Positions 40,231-52,254 of a DNA stretch of 64,000 nucleotides are shown here, one piece after another; the stretch's first letter is position 1; the number at the start of each line of letters is the position of its first letter. Source of the DNA: Heptranchias perlo (lineage: Eukaryota); contig NC_090348.1 in assembly GCF_035084215.1 (NCBI RefSeq), forward strand, positions 9,796,001 to 9,860,000, written 5' to 3'. The notes beneath the pieces were generated by a model. It had not been told where the DNA came from and did no database searches. It saw nothing but the letters and a program-made list of their open reading frames with translations. A program made the translations under genes and the position numbers.

Positions 40231-42028
40231 TTAAAAACAGATAACATTTGTTCGCTGGTGGGGTAACGTGTAGCGTGACATGAACCCAAGATCCCGGTTG
40301 AGGCCGTCCTCATGGGTGCGGAACTTGGCTATCAATTTCTGCTCGACAATTTTGCGTTGTCGTGTGTCTCGAAGGCCGCCTTGGAGTACGCTTACCCGAA
40401 GGTCGGTGGATGAATGTCCATGACTGCTGAAGTGTTCCCCGACTGGGAGGGAACCCTCCTGTTTGGCGATTGATGCGCGGTGTCCGTTCATCCGTTGTCG
40501 CAGCGTCTGCATGGTCTCGCCAATGTACCATGCTCTGGGGCATCCTTTCCTGCAACGTATGAGGTAGACAACGTTGGCCGAGTCACAGGAGTATGAACCA
40601 TGCACCTGGTGGGTGGTGTCCTCTCGTGTGATGGTGGTATCTGTGTCGATGATCTGGCATGTCTTGCAGAGGTTACCGTGGCAGGGTTGTGTGGTGTCGT
40701 GGACGCTGTTCTCTTGAAAGCTAGGTAATTTGCTGCGAACGATGGTCTGTTTGAGGTTGGGTGGCTGTTTAAAGGCGAGTAGTGGAGGTGTGGGGATGGC
40801 CATAGCGAGGTGTTTGTCCTCATTGATGACATGTTGAAGGCTGCGGAGAACATGGCGTAGTTTCTCCGCTCCGGGGAAGTACTGGACGACAAAGGGTACT
40901 CTGTTGGTTGCGTCCCGTGTTAGTCTCCTGAGGAGGTCTATGCGATTTTTTGCTGTGGCCCGTCGGAACTGTCGATCGATGAGTCGAGCGTCATATCCCG
41001 TTCTTACTAGGGCGTCTTTCAGCGTCTGTAGGTGTCCATCGCGTTCCTCCTCGTCTGAGCAGACCCTGTGTATTCGCAGGGCCTGTCCATAGGGGATGGC
41101 CTCTTTGACGTGGTTAGGGTGGAAGCTGGAAAAGTGGAGCATCGTGAGGTTGTCCGTGGGCTTGCGGTAGAGTGAGGTGCTGAGGTGCCCGTCTTTGATG
41201 GAGATTCGTGTGTCCAAGAAAGAAACTGATTCTGAGGAGTAGTCCATGGTGAGCTTGATGGTGGGATGGAACTTGTTGATGTTATCGTGTAGTCTCTTTA
41301 GTGATTCCTTGCCGTGGGTCCATAGAAAGAAAATGTCGTCGATGTATCTGGTGTATAGTGTTGGTTGGAGGTCTTGTGCAGTGAAGAAGTCCTGCTCGAA
41401 CTTGTGCATGAAAATGTTGGCGTATTGGGGTGCGAATTTGGTCCCCATGGCTGTTCCGTGTGTTTGGGTAAAGAACTGGTGATCGAAGGTGAAGACATTG
41501 TGATCCAGGATGAAGCGGATGAGTTGTAGGATGGCGTCCGGAGATTGGCTGTTGTTGGTGTTGAGTATTGATGCTGTCGCAGCGATGCCGTCATCGTGGG
41601 GGATACTGGTGTAGAGTGCCGAGACGTCCATCGTGGTGAGAAGTGTTCCTGGTTTAACTGGTCCGTGGGTACTGAGTTTTTGTAGGAAGTCTGTAGTGTC
41701 GCGACAGAAGCTGGGGGTTCCCTGTACGATGGGTTTCAGGATGCCCTCGATGTATCCAGAGAGGTTCTCACACAGGGTTCCGTTGCCTGATACGATAGGA
41801 CGTCCGGGTGTGTTGGCTTTGTGTATCTTTGGGAGGCAGTAGAAGTCTCCCACGCGGGGAGTACGTGGGATGAGAGTGCGTAGGATGCTTTGAAGGTCTG
41901 GATCGAAGGTCTTGATCAGTTTGTTGAGCTGGTGGGTGTGTTCTTTGGTCGGATCTGCGGGTAACCGTCTGTAGTGTTCCTGGTTGTCCAGTTGTCGGTA
42001 TGCTTCTTTGCAATAGTCCGTTCTGTTC
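40231..42028 (-). CDS. PLE reverse transcriptase + GIY-YIG endonuclease, N-terminally truncated (genuine part of ORF 40231..42150)
   Basis: RT motifs FYCLPKIHK, GRPIVS, MDVSALYTSI, GTAMG, RYIDDIF, FLD, YRKPT; linker CHGNLCKTC (CX4CX2C); endonuclease NVVYLIRCRKGCPRAWYIGET..R..H..HF..E..GLN. About 600 codons with no stop. Confidence 0.93.
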
Positions 42029-42038
42029 GACGATGGCT

Positions 42039-42333
42039 CATTGGCGAGACCATGCAGACGCTGCGACAACGGATGAACGGACACCGCGCAACAATCGCCA
42101 AAGAGGAGGGTTCCTTCCCAGTCGGGGAACACTTCAGCAGTCATGGACATTCATCCACCGACCTTCGGGTAAGCGTACTCCAAGGCGGCCTTCGAGACAC
42201 ACGACAACGCAAAATCGTCGAGCAGAAATTGATAGCCAAGTTCCGCACCCATGAGGACGGCCTCAACCGGGATCTTGGGTTCATGTCACGCTACACGTTA
42301 CCCCACCAGCGAACAAATGTTATCTGTTTTTAA
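42039..42333 (+). pseudogene. Duplicated C-terminal half of the GIY-YIG domain in the inverted arm
   Basis: IGETMQTLRQRMNGHR...DGLNRDLGFMSRY, nearly identical to the C-terminus of the main ORF. Confidence 0.9.
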
Positions 42334-42569
42334 TATAACGGGTCAGTTGCTGTCTTTTCTATGTTTCTACCTCTCTATTTCTGTTTTTTTTTGTTTGTTG
42401 TTTTTTTTTTGGTGATTTGTATATTCTGTGAGACCTGGCAGGTAACACCTGTCTGTCTGCACACTGATTGCCTTGGCAACGGGCAGTTGAAAAAACTGTC
42501 TGTTATCACCAAGCATTGTTCTGTGAATTATAAATGCGATTTCATTTCGAGGATTTCATTTTCACATCG

Positions 42570-42608
42570 TTCACCTGACGAAGGAGGAAGCCTCCGAAAG
42601 CTTGTGAA
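42570..42608 (+). ncRNA. Minimal hammerhead ribozyme motif
   Basis: TTCAC-CTGACGA-A-GGAGG aag CCTCC-GAAA-GC-TT-GTGAA: stem I TTCAC/GTGAA, stem II GGAGG/CCTCC, palindromic AAGCTT. Confidence 0.8.
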
Positions 42609-43307
42609 TTTAAAATAAAATTGCTGGACTATAACTTGGTGTTGTAAAATTGTTTACAATTGTCAACCCCAGTCCATCACCGGCATCTCCACATCAAGCA
42701 ATATAAAGCCAGTAGCAACTGTCCTTCCATTTGTAGACGTGATTACAGATGTTATCTGAATTGACAATTTAAAAAACAGCTAAATAATAAGTATAATTAA
42801 CTTAAAGATAATTCAGTTACCACTTTTCCATGTGTTATTTCACTTAGCTCTTGGCTGGTGCTGATTTTTGAAGTTTTTTTCATGGTGGGGGGGGAAGTTC
42901 CTGCCCTTTTTATTGCGGCAGGCGGGGGGGGGGGGGGTTCAATGATTCAGTGGAATGGTTGCTTGAGAGATGGAGGGAGTGAAACTGGTTGTCAGCAGTA
43001 GCGCAAAACAAGAGATAACGAATCGGCAGCCCGTTTCCCTCCCCCTCAAGTTTCTTTTCCAATGAAGTCAATGGTGCTGTATAAATGCAAGTTCCTTCTT
43101 TCAAAGTGTTTTAACGTTTTGCTATATAGTAAAAAATGTCCAATTGTGCACTTCCAGGTTGGAGCCTTGACAACTGGGAGTGTATATCATAAAATGGCAC
43201 ACGCAGCCCATAATCTTCCATCCATTAAAATGGGCTGCACACGTGCGACTTCCTGATTAGGACAGATTATGGGGTGGATGCGTGCAAGCAATTTCCTAGT
43301 AGGCAAG

Positions 43308-43768
43308 AAAGAACGAACTTGCATTTATATAGCGCCTTTCACGACGTTCAAAAGCACGTTACAGCCAATGAAGCACTTTTTTTTAAGTGTAGTCTCTGTT
43401 GTAATGTAGGAAACATGGCAGCCAAGTTGCGCACAGCAAGGTCCCACAAATAGCAATGTGATAACGACAAGATAATCTGTTTTAGTGATGTTGGTTAACA
43501 GATAAATTTTGGCTAGGATGCCAGAAGAACTCCCTTGCTCTTCTTTGAAGGGTGCCATGGGATCTTTTATGTCCACCCGAGAGGGTAGATAGAGTCTTGG
43601 TTTAACGTCTACAGCTGAAAGATGGCACCTCCAACAGTGCAGCACTCCCTCAGTACTGCACTGGGGTGTCAGCCTAGATTTTGTGCTCAAGTCTCTGGAG
43701 TGGGACTTGAACCCACAACCTTCTGATTCAAGAGGTGAGAGTGCTACCCACAGAGCCATGGCTGACAC
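43308..43768 (-). mobile_element. Full-length DeuSINE (SacSINE1-like)
   Basis: tRNA head with A-box-like TGGCTCTGTGG and B-box GGTTCAAGTCC, conserved centre, L2-derived tail. Confidence 0.88.
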
Positions 43769-44179
43769 TCCAAGCAGTCAAGGAATTGCACATGGGGCAC
43801 ACCGCTGGAAAAATGACCTTTCTGTTTCCTGTGTGATGATTTTGATTTATCACCTCAAAATAATGGGATAATACCTGCAGCAGTGTCTGACCTGCGACCA
43901 CCAGTACTTCACCAGAGTTCCACGCAAAATGCTCCCTCAGGTTTGGAAGGACAAAGCCTAGAATTGTACTGCTCGTCACAGTTCAGGTGAAGCTAATATT
44001 GTAGCTCGAGCACCACACCACTGGCCCCTGTGAACAAATGGGCTGAGCTCAACAGATCAGGCAAGGTCAGTGTATTTGCAAAATTACTGGGACTCTGGGT
44101 CAGACATGGCCACGTTAATCAGCACCAACAGCCAATGTTGTGTCCATGGAGCAGAGGGTGCAAAGAAGGAAAGAGAAAG

Positions 44180-44522
44180 AGAAAAAGAAATAAAGACTTA
44201 CATTTATATAACATCTTTCATGTCCCAAAGCGCTTTACAGCCAATGAAGTACTTCTGAAGTGTAGTCATTGTTGTAATGTAGGAAACTCAGCAGCCAAGT
44301 TGCGCTCAGCAAAGTCCCACAAACAGCAATGAGATAATGACCAGATAATCTGCGTTAGGTGTAGATTGAGGGATAAATGTTGGCCAGGATTCTGGGGAGA
44401 ACTCCCCTGCTCTTCTACGAATAGTGTCATGGGATCTTTTACATCCACCTGAGAGGGAAGACGGGGCCTCAGTTTAACGTCTCAACTGAAAGACACCACC
44501 TCCGCCAGTGCAGCACTCCCTC
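44180..44522 (-). mobile_element. DeuSINE (SacSINE1-like), 5'-truncated
   Basis: Colinear with 43308-43650. Confidence 0.85.
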
Positions 44523-45183
44523 GAGACCAAGGAAGTGCTGGATAGACAATGTCAAGAGTGACTTGTCACAGAAAAGGAGCCAGAGGACTGAGCCAGGGCT
44601 AGTTCAGAACCAAAAACAATCAAGTGAATTCATTCGCTGCTGAGCTGACAGACGGGAATTATTTATTAGTCGCAGTGATAAGAATTTGCCAAACTAACAG
44701 GAACTCCATCTAACGTGTTGTACCATATTTATAGTATATAGATGCCGGATTCATTGTGAACATGACCAGACCCAATCTCTGCCACTATAAATCGAGTGAA
44801 TCACACATTCCAAATGTGTAAACTAAACCCAGCTCAAGAGTTGGTCTCTAGGGGTAATTATCATGCAGCTAGTGGGCAGGGTCTCTTATCAAAAATTGGA
44901 GTATGTGTTGCGTCCAATTTCCCAATGTGCACTTCAGCCACACACCAGCAGCGCAAAGTCGTAAATTTACCCGCCTTCAGCTGATGTGGACACATTCCAG
45001 TATAAAACAGCAGTAGATTCACGACCCAATCTCCCTGTGCCATCACACAGATTCCTTTCCCGGGTGGCCATCACTTCCCCTCTCCCATCCCACCCCAACA
45101 TTACTTTCCTGCATCTCCTGCCAACTGCTGTCAATGGCATCTTACAGACATTGCCCACACAAAAAAACTTTACAATGGTCTAT

Positions 45184-45208
45184 ACACACACACACACACA
45201 CACACACA
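45184..45208. repeat. (AC)n microsatellite
   Basis: Directly visible. Confidence 0.9.
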
Positions 45209-46398
45209 CCCTGCCTGGCCGCACATGAACTGATGTATTTATTTGTACAAAATAGCTTTTTTTATATTAAAAACAGGTCTGCCTTCAAAATTACCCAGCA
45301 GTGCAAAACAGGCCAGTTCTACTGAATTCACTTTAGATTAGTGAGACAAGGCAAAATCAGGAGGAGAATGAGCTCCAATCTTAACCAGAATTGCCCGAAC
45401 TGCTACAGTATATTGCCCACTGGGTGAGATGCTCTACCTGCACCTCTCTGCTTGTTCAGTGTTTGGACTAAAGAGTACCACCTCTGGAGCACACAGGTAT
45501 GCGAAACAGGGACTGCCACCAACTGCGCAGAATGCCTGACATAGGAAACATACGTATTAGTGCAAGAATTGATACCAATGGTTAAGTTACTCGTTTGCAG
45601 CAAGCCCTAATCCATAGACATAACTTTCTCACTAACTTGTTAATTGGCGGACGAGAGAATTCCATCCTGTATCTTTGACACATGCTGGACTCCAACATTA
45701 GAAATAGCACAGGTCTCGATAAACACTCCACCAGAGTATTTATAGTACTTTTCATCTCACTGCAGACAGATATGACTGACTTAGATATATAAACACGTTC
45801 GTAATTGGTATTATGACAAAATTTTATTAGCGCACAAGGCAGTACATCTTATTCTACACAGGACACAGTGGGGTAGATTTTCACCTTTACCAGCTGGATG
45901 ATAAGCTGGACAATAAGCTGGCAAGGGGGATCACACAATCTTTGTAGAACCAGCCTGATTTCCATTCGATTGAAATCAACAGTGAAGACGAGCATCCACC
46001 CACCGTTTCTGGCTTTCTGTTCCATGTTATAACGGGGAATGATTGCATTGAAAGTGCCGTTTCTCTCAGACAGTCTGCATTACGCAAGAAGGGTGATTAG
46101 AACTTTGAAGTCAAAGCGAATGCGCCAAGTATGGGGATGGGGGGGTGCTGGTCATGTCAATCTGCCAATAACCTACCCTTTGACAAAGCTAGTTGTCGCG
46201 TGACAAGAGTTCTTAGTGCATTTATACAAAGCAGAATATTGCCAACAATTTAAAACAATTGGGCCTCAGTGGTTATAAAAGAAGTTGGAAATAAATTTTA
46301 ATGTTGACACAAGAGGGTTATACTGGAACCAAAAATATCTTCCCAGGCACGAATGATGAAAACTGTAAATAATGGAGTTTGATTTTACTCTTTTAGAA

Positions 46399-46611
46399 TA
46401 CATTTACACTACAACTTCAGCATTGTGGGAATCAGTAACAGATTTGGGCCAACGCTAAACTTAGGTACTGTACATCGAGTCCAGGAAGTCTCACTCCATT
46501 ACGGAGTTGGGCCCTCACTCCGGTTTCAGGCTGCATTTACACTGTGACTGCAGTGTCAGTGTGAAGCAAAACCACTTCACACCAACGCTGGATTGTAATT
46601 TAAATGCAGTG
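46399..46611. repeat. Short tandem hairpins with CATTTACACT ends (Harbinger-MITE-like)
   Basis: 46529-46611: GGCTGCATTTACACT..CAGTGTCAGTGTGAAG / CTTCACACCAACGCTG..TAAATGCAG; a similar unit starts at 46399. Confidence 0.5.
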
Positions 46612-47511
46612 GAATTGATGTTGATGTGATTTGTTAAGATAGATTTAAACTATCGCCCTGCATTAATGATATGCTCAACATGCTGAGGGAAATGACAGGA
46701 TTTCCATCTGCCCACTCTTTGGCGGGGTCAGGTGAGTGAAAGCATTGTCAGGGCACTGTAAAAAGTGAACTATGCTTTGTAGTTATATTGACTTTTATGG
46801 TTTTCAGTTTTCTTGTTTTACAAATAGTGTGAACATCTTGAGGTCTTCAGGTTTATATGCCGAAAACAGCACTGCCGTTTTTGAATTATAGCAATTGTTA
46901 TGTCAATTGTAAGGCAATTAAGCACTGTGCTCCTGCCATGCTACAGTTCAACCAACTCAGGAGCTTCTTGTTAGTGCTTCAAACCCCCTTTTGTTGCATA
47001 AATGTTTGTGGATTTTTTTTATTTAAGTGCGAGAAGATAATTACCCAAGTACTTGAGATGAATTTTCCTCTTCAAATAGCCTTTGTTTATTAAAACATTA
47101 GATTTACTCATCCTACATGCATCCGGTAGTTAGGTCAAGGCATTTAATTAAAAATACATTGCCTGGCATAAGGAGTTGCACAATGTTTTCAACATTAAAT
47201 CAGTCAGGATTTCTTTACCCTGTTATTTTTCTTTTAGTTCCCCAAAGCTTTCTCCCACCAACACTATAGCTCTTTTGGCCAATGGGGAATAGGCAAAAGG
47301 AAGGGCCAGAAAAACTCCTACTAGTTCCTTCTCTGTCCAGCTCCCTCCTTCAAGGCATAGCACTCCTACACTGCACAGTGCTACAAGCATTCAAAAGGGA
47401 GATGAGCAGGTTCCTGCAGGTAGACGACATGGAGCCATAGAAGGTGGATGGGTTGACGGGGTTCGTGATACCTGTTGCCGTGGTCTCCTGAAGCTAACTG
47501 AGAGGGGGTCA

Positions 47512-48298
47512 GAGAGGAATTTCGCAGAAGGGTTTTCTTAAATTTTAGCTTCCAGCCGGGAAGGATTTTCAGGTGCGAAACCCGAAAGGTAAGTGGGCGG
47601 GTCGTGATCTGTGATAGAGATCTTAATGAGGCCAATAAATTTTACTTCTGGGTTTCGCATCCAGCTGCCAGCCTGATTGACAGGCTGGCTGGCTGCGTCA
47701 GGCAGGATGGCCTGCTGCAGCAGGCTGCAGCCCGGAGGTAGAGAGGGAGGGATCATGGCCCGGGAAGAAGATCCGGGGGCCGGGGAGAAGATCGGAGATC
47801 ACTGGAGTTCAGGTGAAGAGTCGGAAGTAGGTGGGGGTCCACCTGGATTGGGGGGGGTGTAGTCCACCATCAGTGGGGAGGGGGTCCACCGAACACAGGG
47901 ATCCTGTCAGCCAGGTGAGCTTGTTGGGCCTGGATGAAGCACTCCAGCTCCTCGGTCCACAAGCAGTGCAATAAAGGCCCTCACCTCATGGATCCGGCCC
48001 TTCCCGCCTGCACTCACTTGACGTGATTCGGAAGCAATGGGAAATCTGGTACGGTTAAATTGATTTTAATTGTCCAATACACAAAATATTAAGTACCTCA
48101 ATGAGGTACATTGCCCTTTTACATATCAGTCCGCTGGCTTTAAGTGGGGGCGGGACTTCCTGGTGTCTGCTGTCCACACGCAGACAAACCTACCTGGGTT
48201 AAACCCAGAAGTGGGCGAGTTGGAGCCGAGATGCGGTCCCGCTCCAAAAATCTTTTATTTTAACCTCCTACCTGTTCTTGGGGGTTAAAATTACCTCC
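47512..48298. mobile_element. GC-rich Harbinger-like MITE
   Basis: Right end AAAATTACCTCC; shares blocks with both 10469-11198 and 32953-33733. Confidence 0.6.
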
Positions 48299-49450
48299 AA
48301 ACATACTCCAGCAGGTGAAACGAGTTTAATGACCCGAATGGGTTGCAGCGTTGCAGATAGGACAGACTTGATGGACCATCTCCTTCTTTTGTGTGTTCGT
48401 AACTAAGAATGACATAAGCTATGAGGCAAATTCTAAAGCCAGCTAAGGCAGAGGTTTGTACTCGAACCCCCTAATCGGCAGTCCATGCAGTTACCTGGGT
48501 ATCCGAATCTGTACGTGATTTCCAGAGAGAGAGAAAAAAAATGACTGAACAGCAACAATAAGGCAAGGCAGTGTTAATTTAGGAAAAACAGAAACCGCAG
48601 AAAACACAAGCATAAACTTTGTGTTATTTAACATCGTACCAGGTAAAATAAACAAGCATGGACTGAACTGCTTCGCACCAACTAAAAAACAGTAAATAAA
48701 GGTCCCATCTGTTCGGTGCCTATGCAGCAGGAAGAATCTGTTTAGGATGATGAAAGACTTCCATGCACAACCACACTGGGCCCACAGTGTGACCTGGAAA
48801 AATAAACCAAGGAGCCTGATGTCTTCCACATTTCATCCCTGCAGCCTCCAAAAGGCAAAACTAGTGCACATGTGGTACACATTACTGCATGTGAAACCGG
48901 GCCCTCTCCACAACCCAACGCACTCAAGGTGGCCAGTTGTAAATGTAAACACTTGCAAGCACGCGGCCCTCTGCTGGTGATGAATGCACTACTGTTCCGG
49001 GCTACTGGTACTGGTGATGAATGCAGTACCACCCTCCTCATCGGAGTAAGTAAGCGCACATCCATCTGTACAGAGATCAAAACCAATACAATGAGGGACT
49101 GCATTTCTTCAGGTCTGTTCATATCTTGAATGTGGTTTATGCAAATGCATCGACGACTACCAACGATAACATGGAATTTTTTCCAAAACTGCTAACTCTG
49201 TTTCATTCTTAAACGTGTATGCCATAATTAAAATTGTGGTGATTTTTTGAGCTGTTCTGAACATGTGAAATTTAATAGACCAATTACTGCTCGGAAGAAT
49301 ATTGCAATCTAGGCATTTAAGGCACTTGCATTGGTGTTTACCCACTCCACACATTCCAGTACATGTTTAACGACAGAAAACGATTACTGTTGGTGCACCA
49401 AAAACTTTGATGTAGTCAATTATTACAGAGCTTATATAATTATCTTAAGT

Positions 49451-49583
49451 AAAAGAAAGAACTTGCATTTATATAGCGCCTTTCATGACCTCAGGAAGTC
49501 CCAAAGCGCTTTACAACCAATGAAGTACTTTTGAGGTGTAGTCACTGTTGTAATGTAGGAAACGCGGCAGCCAATTTGCACAG
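49451..49583 (-). mobile_element. DeuSINE 3' fragment
   Basis: AAAGAAAGAACTTGCATTTATATAGCGCC...GCAGCCAATTTGCAC. Confidence 0.8.
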
Positions 49584-50884
49584 TGAGCTTCCTCAGTGCA
49601 TTAGTTTTGTAATGCATCTTTTATTTGTCAGCTTTTGCCAAGTTTGCGATGATCATGTCGCATTTGGAGGAAAAAGCAAGAAAGAAAAAGAACATCAGAC
49701 TGCCCCTTCGATGTGTTCTAATTGTTCTGTGGAGAGCAATCAGTCCATTCCTGGCATGGACTATAGCAGGGCACCAGTGAGTGCACAGAACCACAATCCT
49801 ACAGAATCCCAAACAGATGAAGTGTGTGTTGAGGGAGCAAGCATGAGGAGGAACTAATATATAAGTAGTATTAGCATACTCAATCCCCAGTATAAACAGA
49901 GTCCGGTCCAGATGGTCTCTATTCTTAATAAATCTCCCAATTACAGACGGAGAATTTCTATGAGTTGGCATTCACATGGAAAGCGCTTGCGTGAGCAGAG
50001 TTAGAATGGGCTCTGACATATGTGGTGAGAGCCAGAATACTGTGTGCATACTTTAAATGTAAAGATCCAACTGCTGGTTAATTAATTCCCTCCAACTGCC
50101 TAATATATCACCTTTATGAACTAACAGATCTAATTGTTCTTTTTCTTGGAAAGCTTGTGGTCAGGAAACCCACAAATGTGACTAAAATGATCTGCAAAAT
50201 CACTATGTTATGCAGAAAGCATTGCAAGTGAGGCAGTGTGCAAATACAAGAGGTGCATTTAAGATATGTTGTGCAAAGGGCCCAGTAGTTTAGAAAGAGA
50301 GGTGCGATCCCCAGCCGAGTTCAACTCTCAGCCTTACTGAAAATTTACACCATCATGGGGTGAGCCTCAGTCAGGCCATTAACTGGAACACCAGGCCACA
50401 GCAGAATGTTCCAACTCAAAAATGGGGGAGGAGGAGGGGATGCTGAGAAGAAAACAGAAAGATCCACCCAACCACATGTACATTACCCCTACCCCTACCC
50501 ACCCACCCCCAACACACACACAATTTGACAGCCACAGAGCAGCCATGGGCAAGTCCCCGCATAATAGGCCACAGAAAAAGTGCAGCAGTGGAAAGCCTAA
50601 GTGGAGTAGGAGGTAATGTCTAATTAAATGCCAGAAATGAAGTTTCAACCTAATGTCAAGGCATTGCCTTGTGAATTTGGCCAGGAATATGTTGCTTGCA
50701 ATTGGAAATGAAACCAGGAAAATTGAAACCTTATCATCATTTCTCTAGTCAGCTGGTGTTAAATTCACGGCTTTGGCCGAAAGTCAAGGTTCAATTTATT
50801 GGTCAAAAACCCCCCAGAAAATAAGCAGACAATTAACATGATTAGGATCATCCCGATGTCTTTGCCTTCTTCTGTTCTTATATA

Positions 50885-51054
50885 TTCAAGACTGAGATTG
50901 ATAGATTTTTGGACTCTAAGGGAATCAAGGGATATGGGGATCGGGTGGGAAAGTGGAACTGAGGTAGAAGATCAGCCATGATCTGACTGAATGGCGCAGC
51001 AGGCTCGAGGGACTTTTTGGCCTACTCCTGCTGCTATTTCTTATGTTCTTATGT
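50885..51054 (+). mobile_element. CR1 LINE 3' end
   Basis: GATCAGCCATGATC...GGCCTACTCCTG with a TTCTTATG repeat tail. Confidence 0.8.
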
Positions 51055-52254
51055 AATCTGAGGTACTCTTCAGCAAAGCGGGAAATATGAAAAAGCCTTT
51101 CAGTTTTTGGAATTATTGAAACTGCAGAATTGGAAGGAGAAATCAAGTTGTCCTTTCATCTCCAGGACTGATGTGATGAAAATCGTTAGCTTCTACACAA
51201 ATTAATTTTCAGCAGACTGAATCCAGTTTCTATTTGACCAGCACATAACTGCACATAATTCACCACTAAGCTAACAATCCAACTCAGACAACCAGTAACG
51301 GGCAGCTGTGGCAGTAGAAAGTGCCCTTTTGAACTTATGGTGTATTGTTCAGCAGATTAAAAAGAGCCTCCTGTAAAATGCCTTTGGGTATTTTGTTATG
51401 CAAAAGGTGTGATACAATTGTGCTAACATAGGGTGCAAATAGCGGGCAATAAGTTCTGTTCCTCAACACTGATATTCCTTAGCTCAGTTTGCATTGAATT
51501 ATTTTCAAAGAACTTCAGACAATTTAGGCTGGGGGAAGTTTAATTCTCAGTAAAGAGTCTTGCAAGATACTTTACAATGGATTCCCACACTACACATTTG
51601 GTAATGTAATCATATACCCAATGACATATGTCCTTTCAGGTGGTGCTCAAGCTTATCTTGTGCACTGTGATTTTGTTATTTTTCCTGTAGGTTCTTTATC
51701 ACCTTTTTTGTAGGTTTTTCTGCATGCTTTCACAAGCGAAAACACAATAATTAAAGCACAGAAACAACAAAACTTCTACACTGCTGCTGCAAAAAAGCAT
51801 AATTTGTTAAAAGTGCAACGCAATCAATGCGTGGCTTCATTTGCATGCATCATGTGACAAGAGTTTGGATTTTGCAATCACTGGGTGGCCATTTTGGAGT
51901 CACATGGTAAACAACATTGGGACAAATCACCTTGGCGGTTTTTGGCCATTTTCCTTCCTGTGTGTAGCTGTGATAGGTGTTTCCCTAATAAATGCACGAG
52001 TTCCTGCAGATACGGAAGCTTTAATCTAAGAAGTTACATGAATAGAGTGAGAGGTAAGTTATGAAATGTTTTGTGTCACCATTGTACAGGGTAGGCCACA
52101 CCCAATTAACACTGGGTGAAGCTTTTAAAAACCCTATAATTTCATCACAAAGTTAATTCAGTCAGTCCTGCGTGTGTTTATATTTCCTATAATTATGCCT
52201 TTACATTGCAATCAGACATTTTTTAAAATTCAGATGTAATTCTTGAAATGCTTT

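Larger units (their letters stand above)
39905..42695 (-). mobile_element. Young Penelope-like element (Neptune type), 5'-truncated, with an inverted second copy of its 3' end
   Basis: Inverted arms 39903-40525 and 42039-42661 (623 bp each); one-sided tail 42662-42695; TSD AAGCAATATAAA at 39893-39904 and 42696-42707 (2 nt overlap the arm). Confidence 0.95.

Noticed and set aside
42029-42150. N-terminal ~40 aa and start codon of the 639-aa ORF
   Set aside because: Almost all of it is antisense read-through of the inverted arm, not a native PLE N-terminus.
43690-43768. tRNA gene candidates (also 54257-54330 and 1440-1518)
   Set aside because: These are SINE heads continuous with SINE bodies; no complete cloverleaf.
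48975-49030. Two GTGATGA motifs suggesting a C/D snoRNA
   Set aside because: No suitably placed CTGA D box or terminal stem; just a 15-bp direct repeat.
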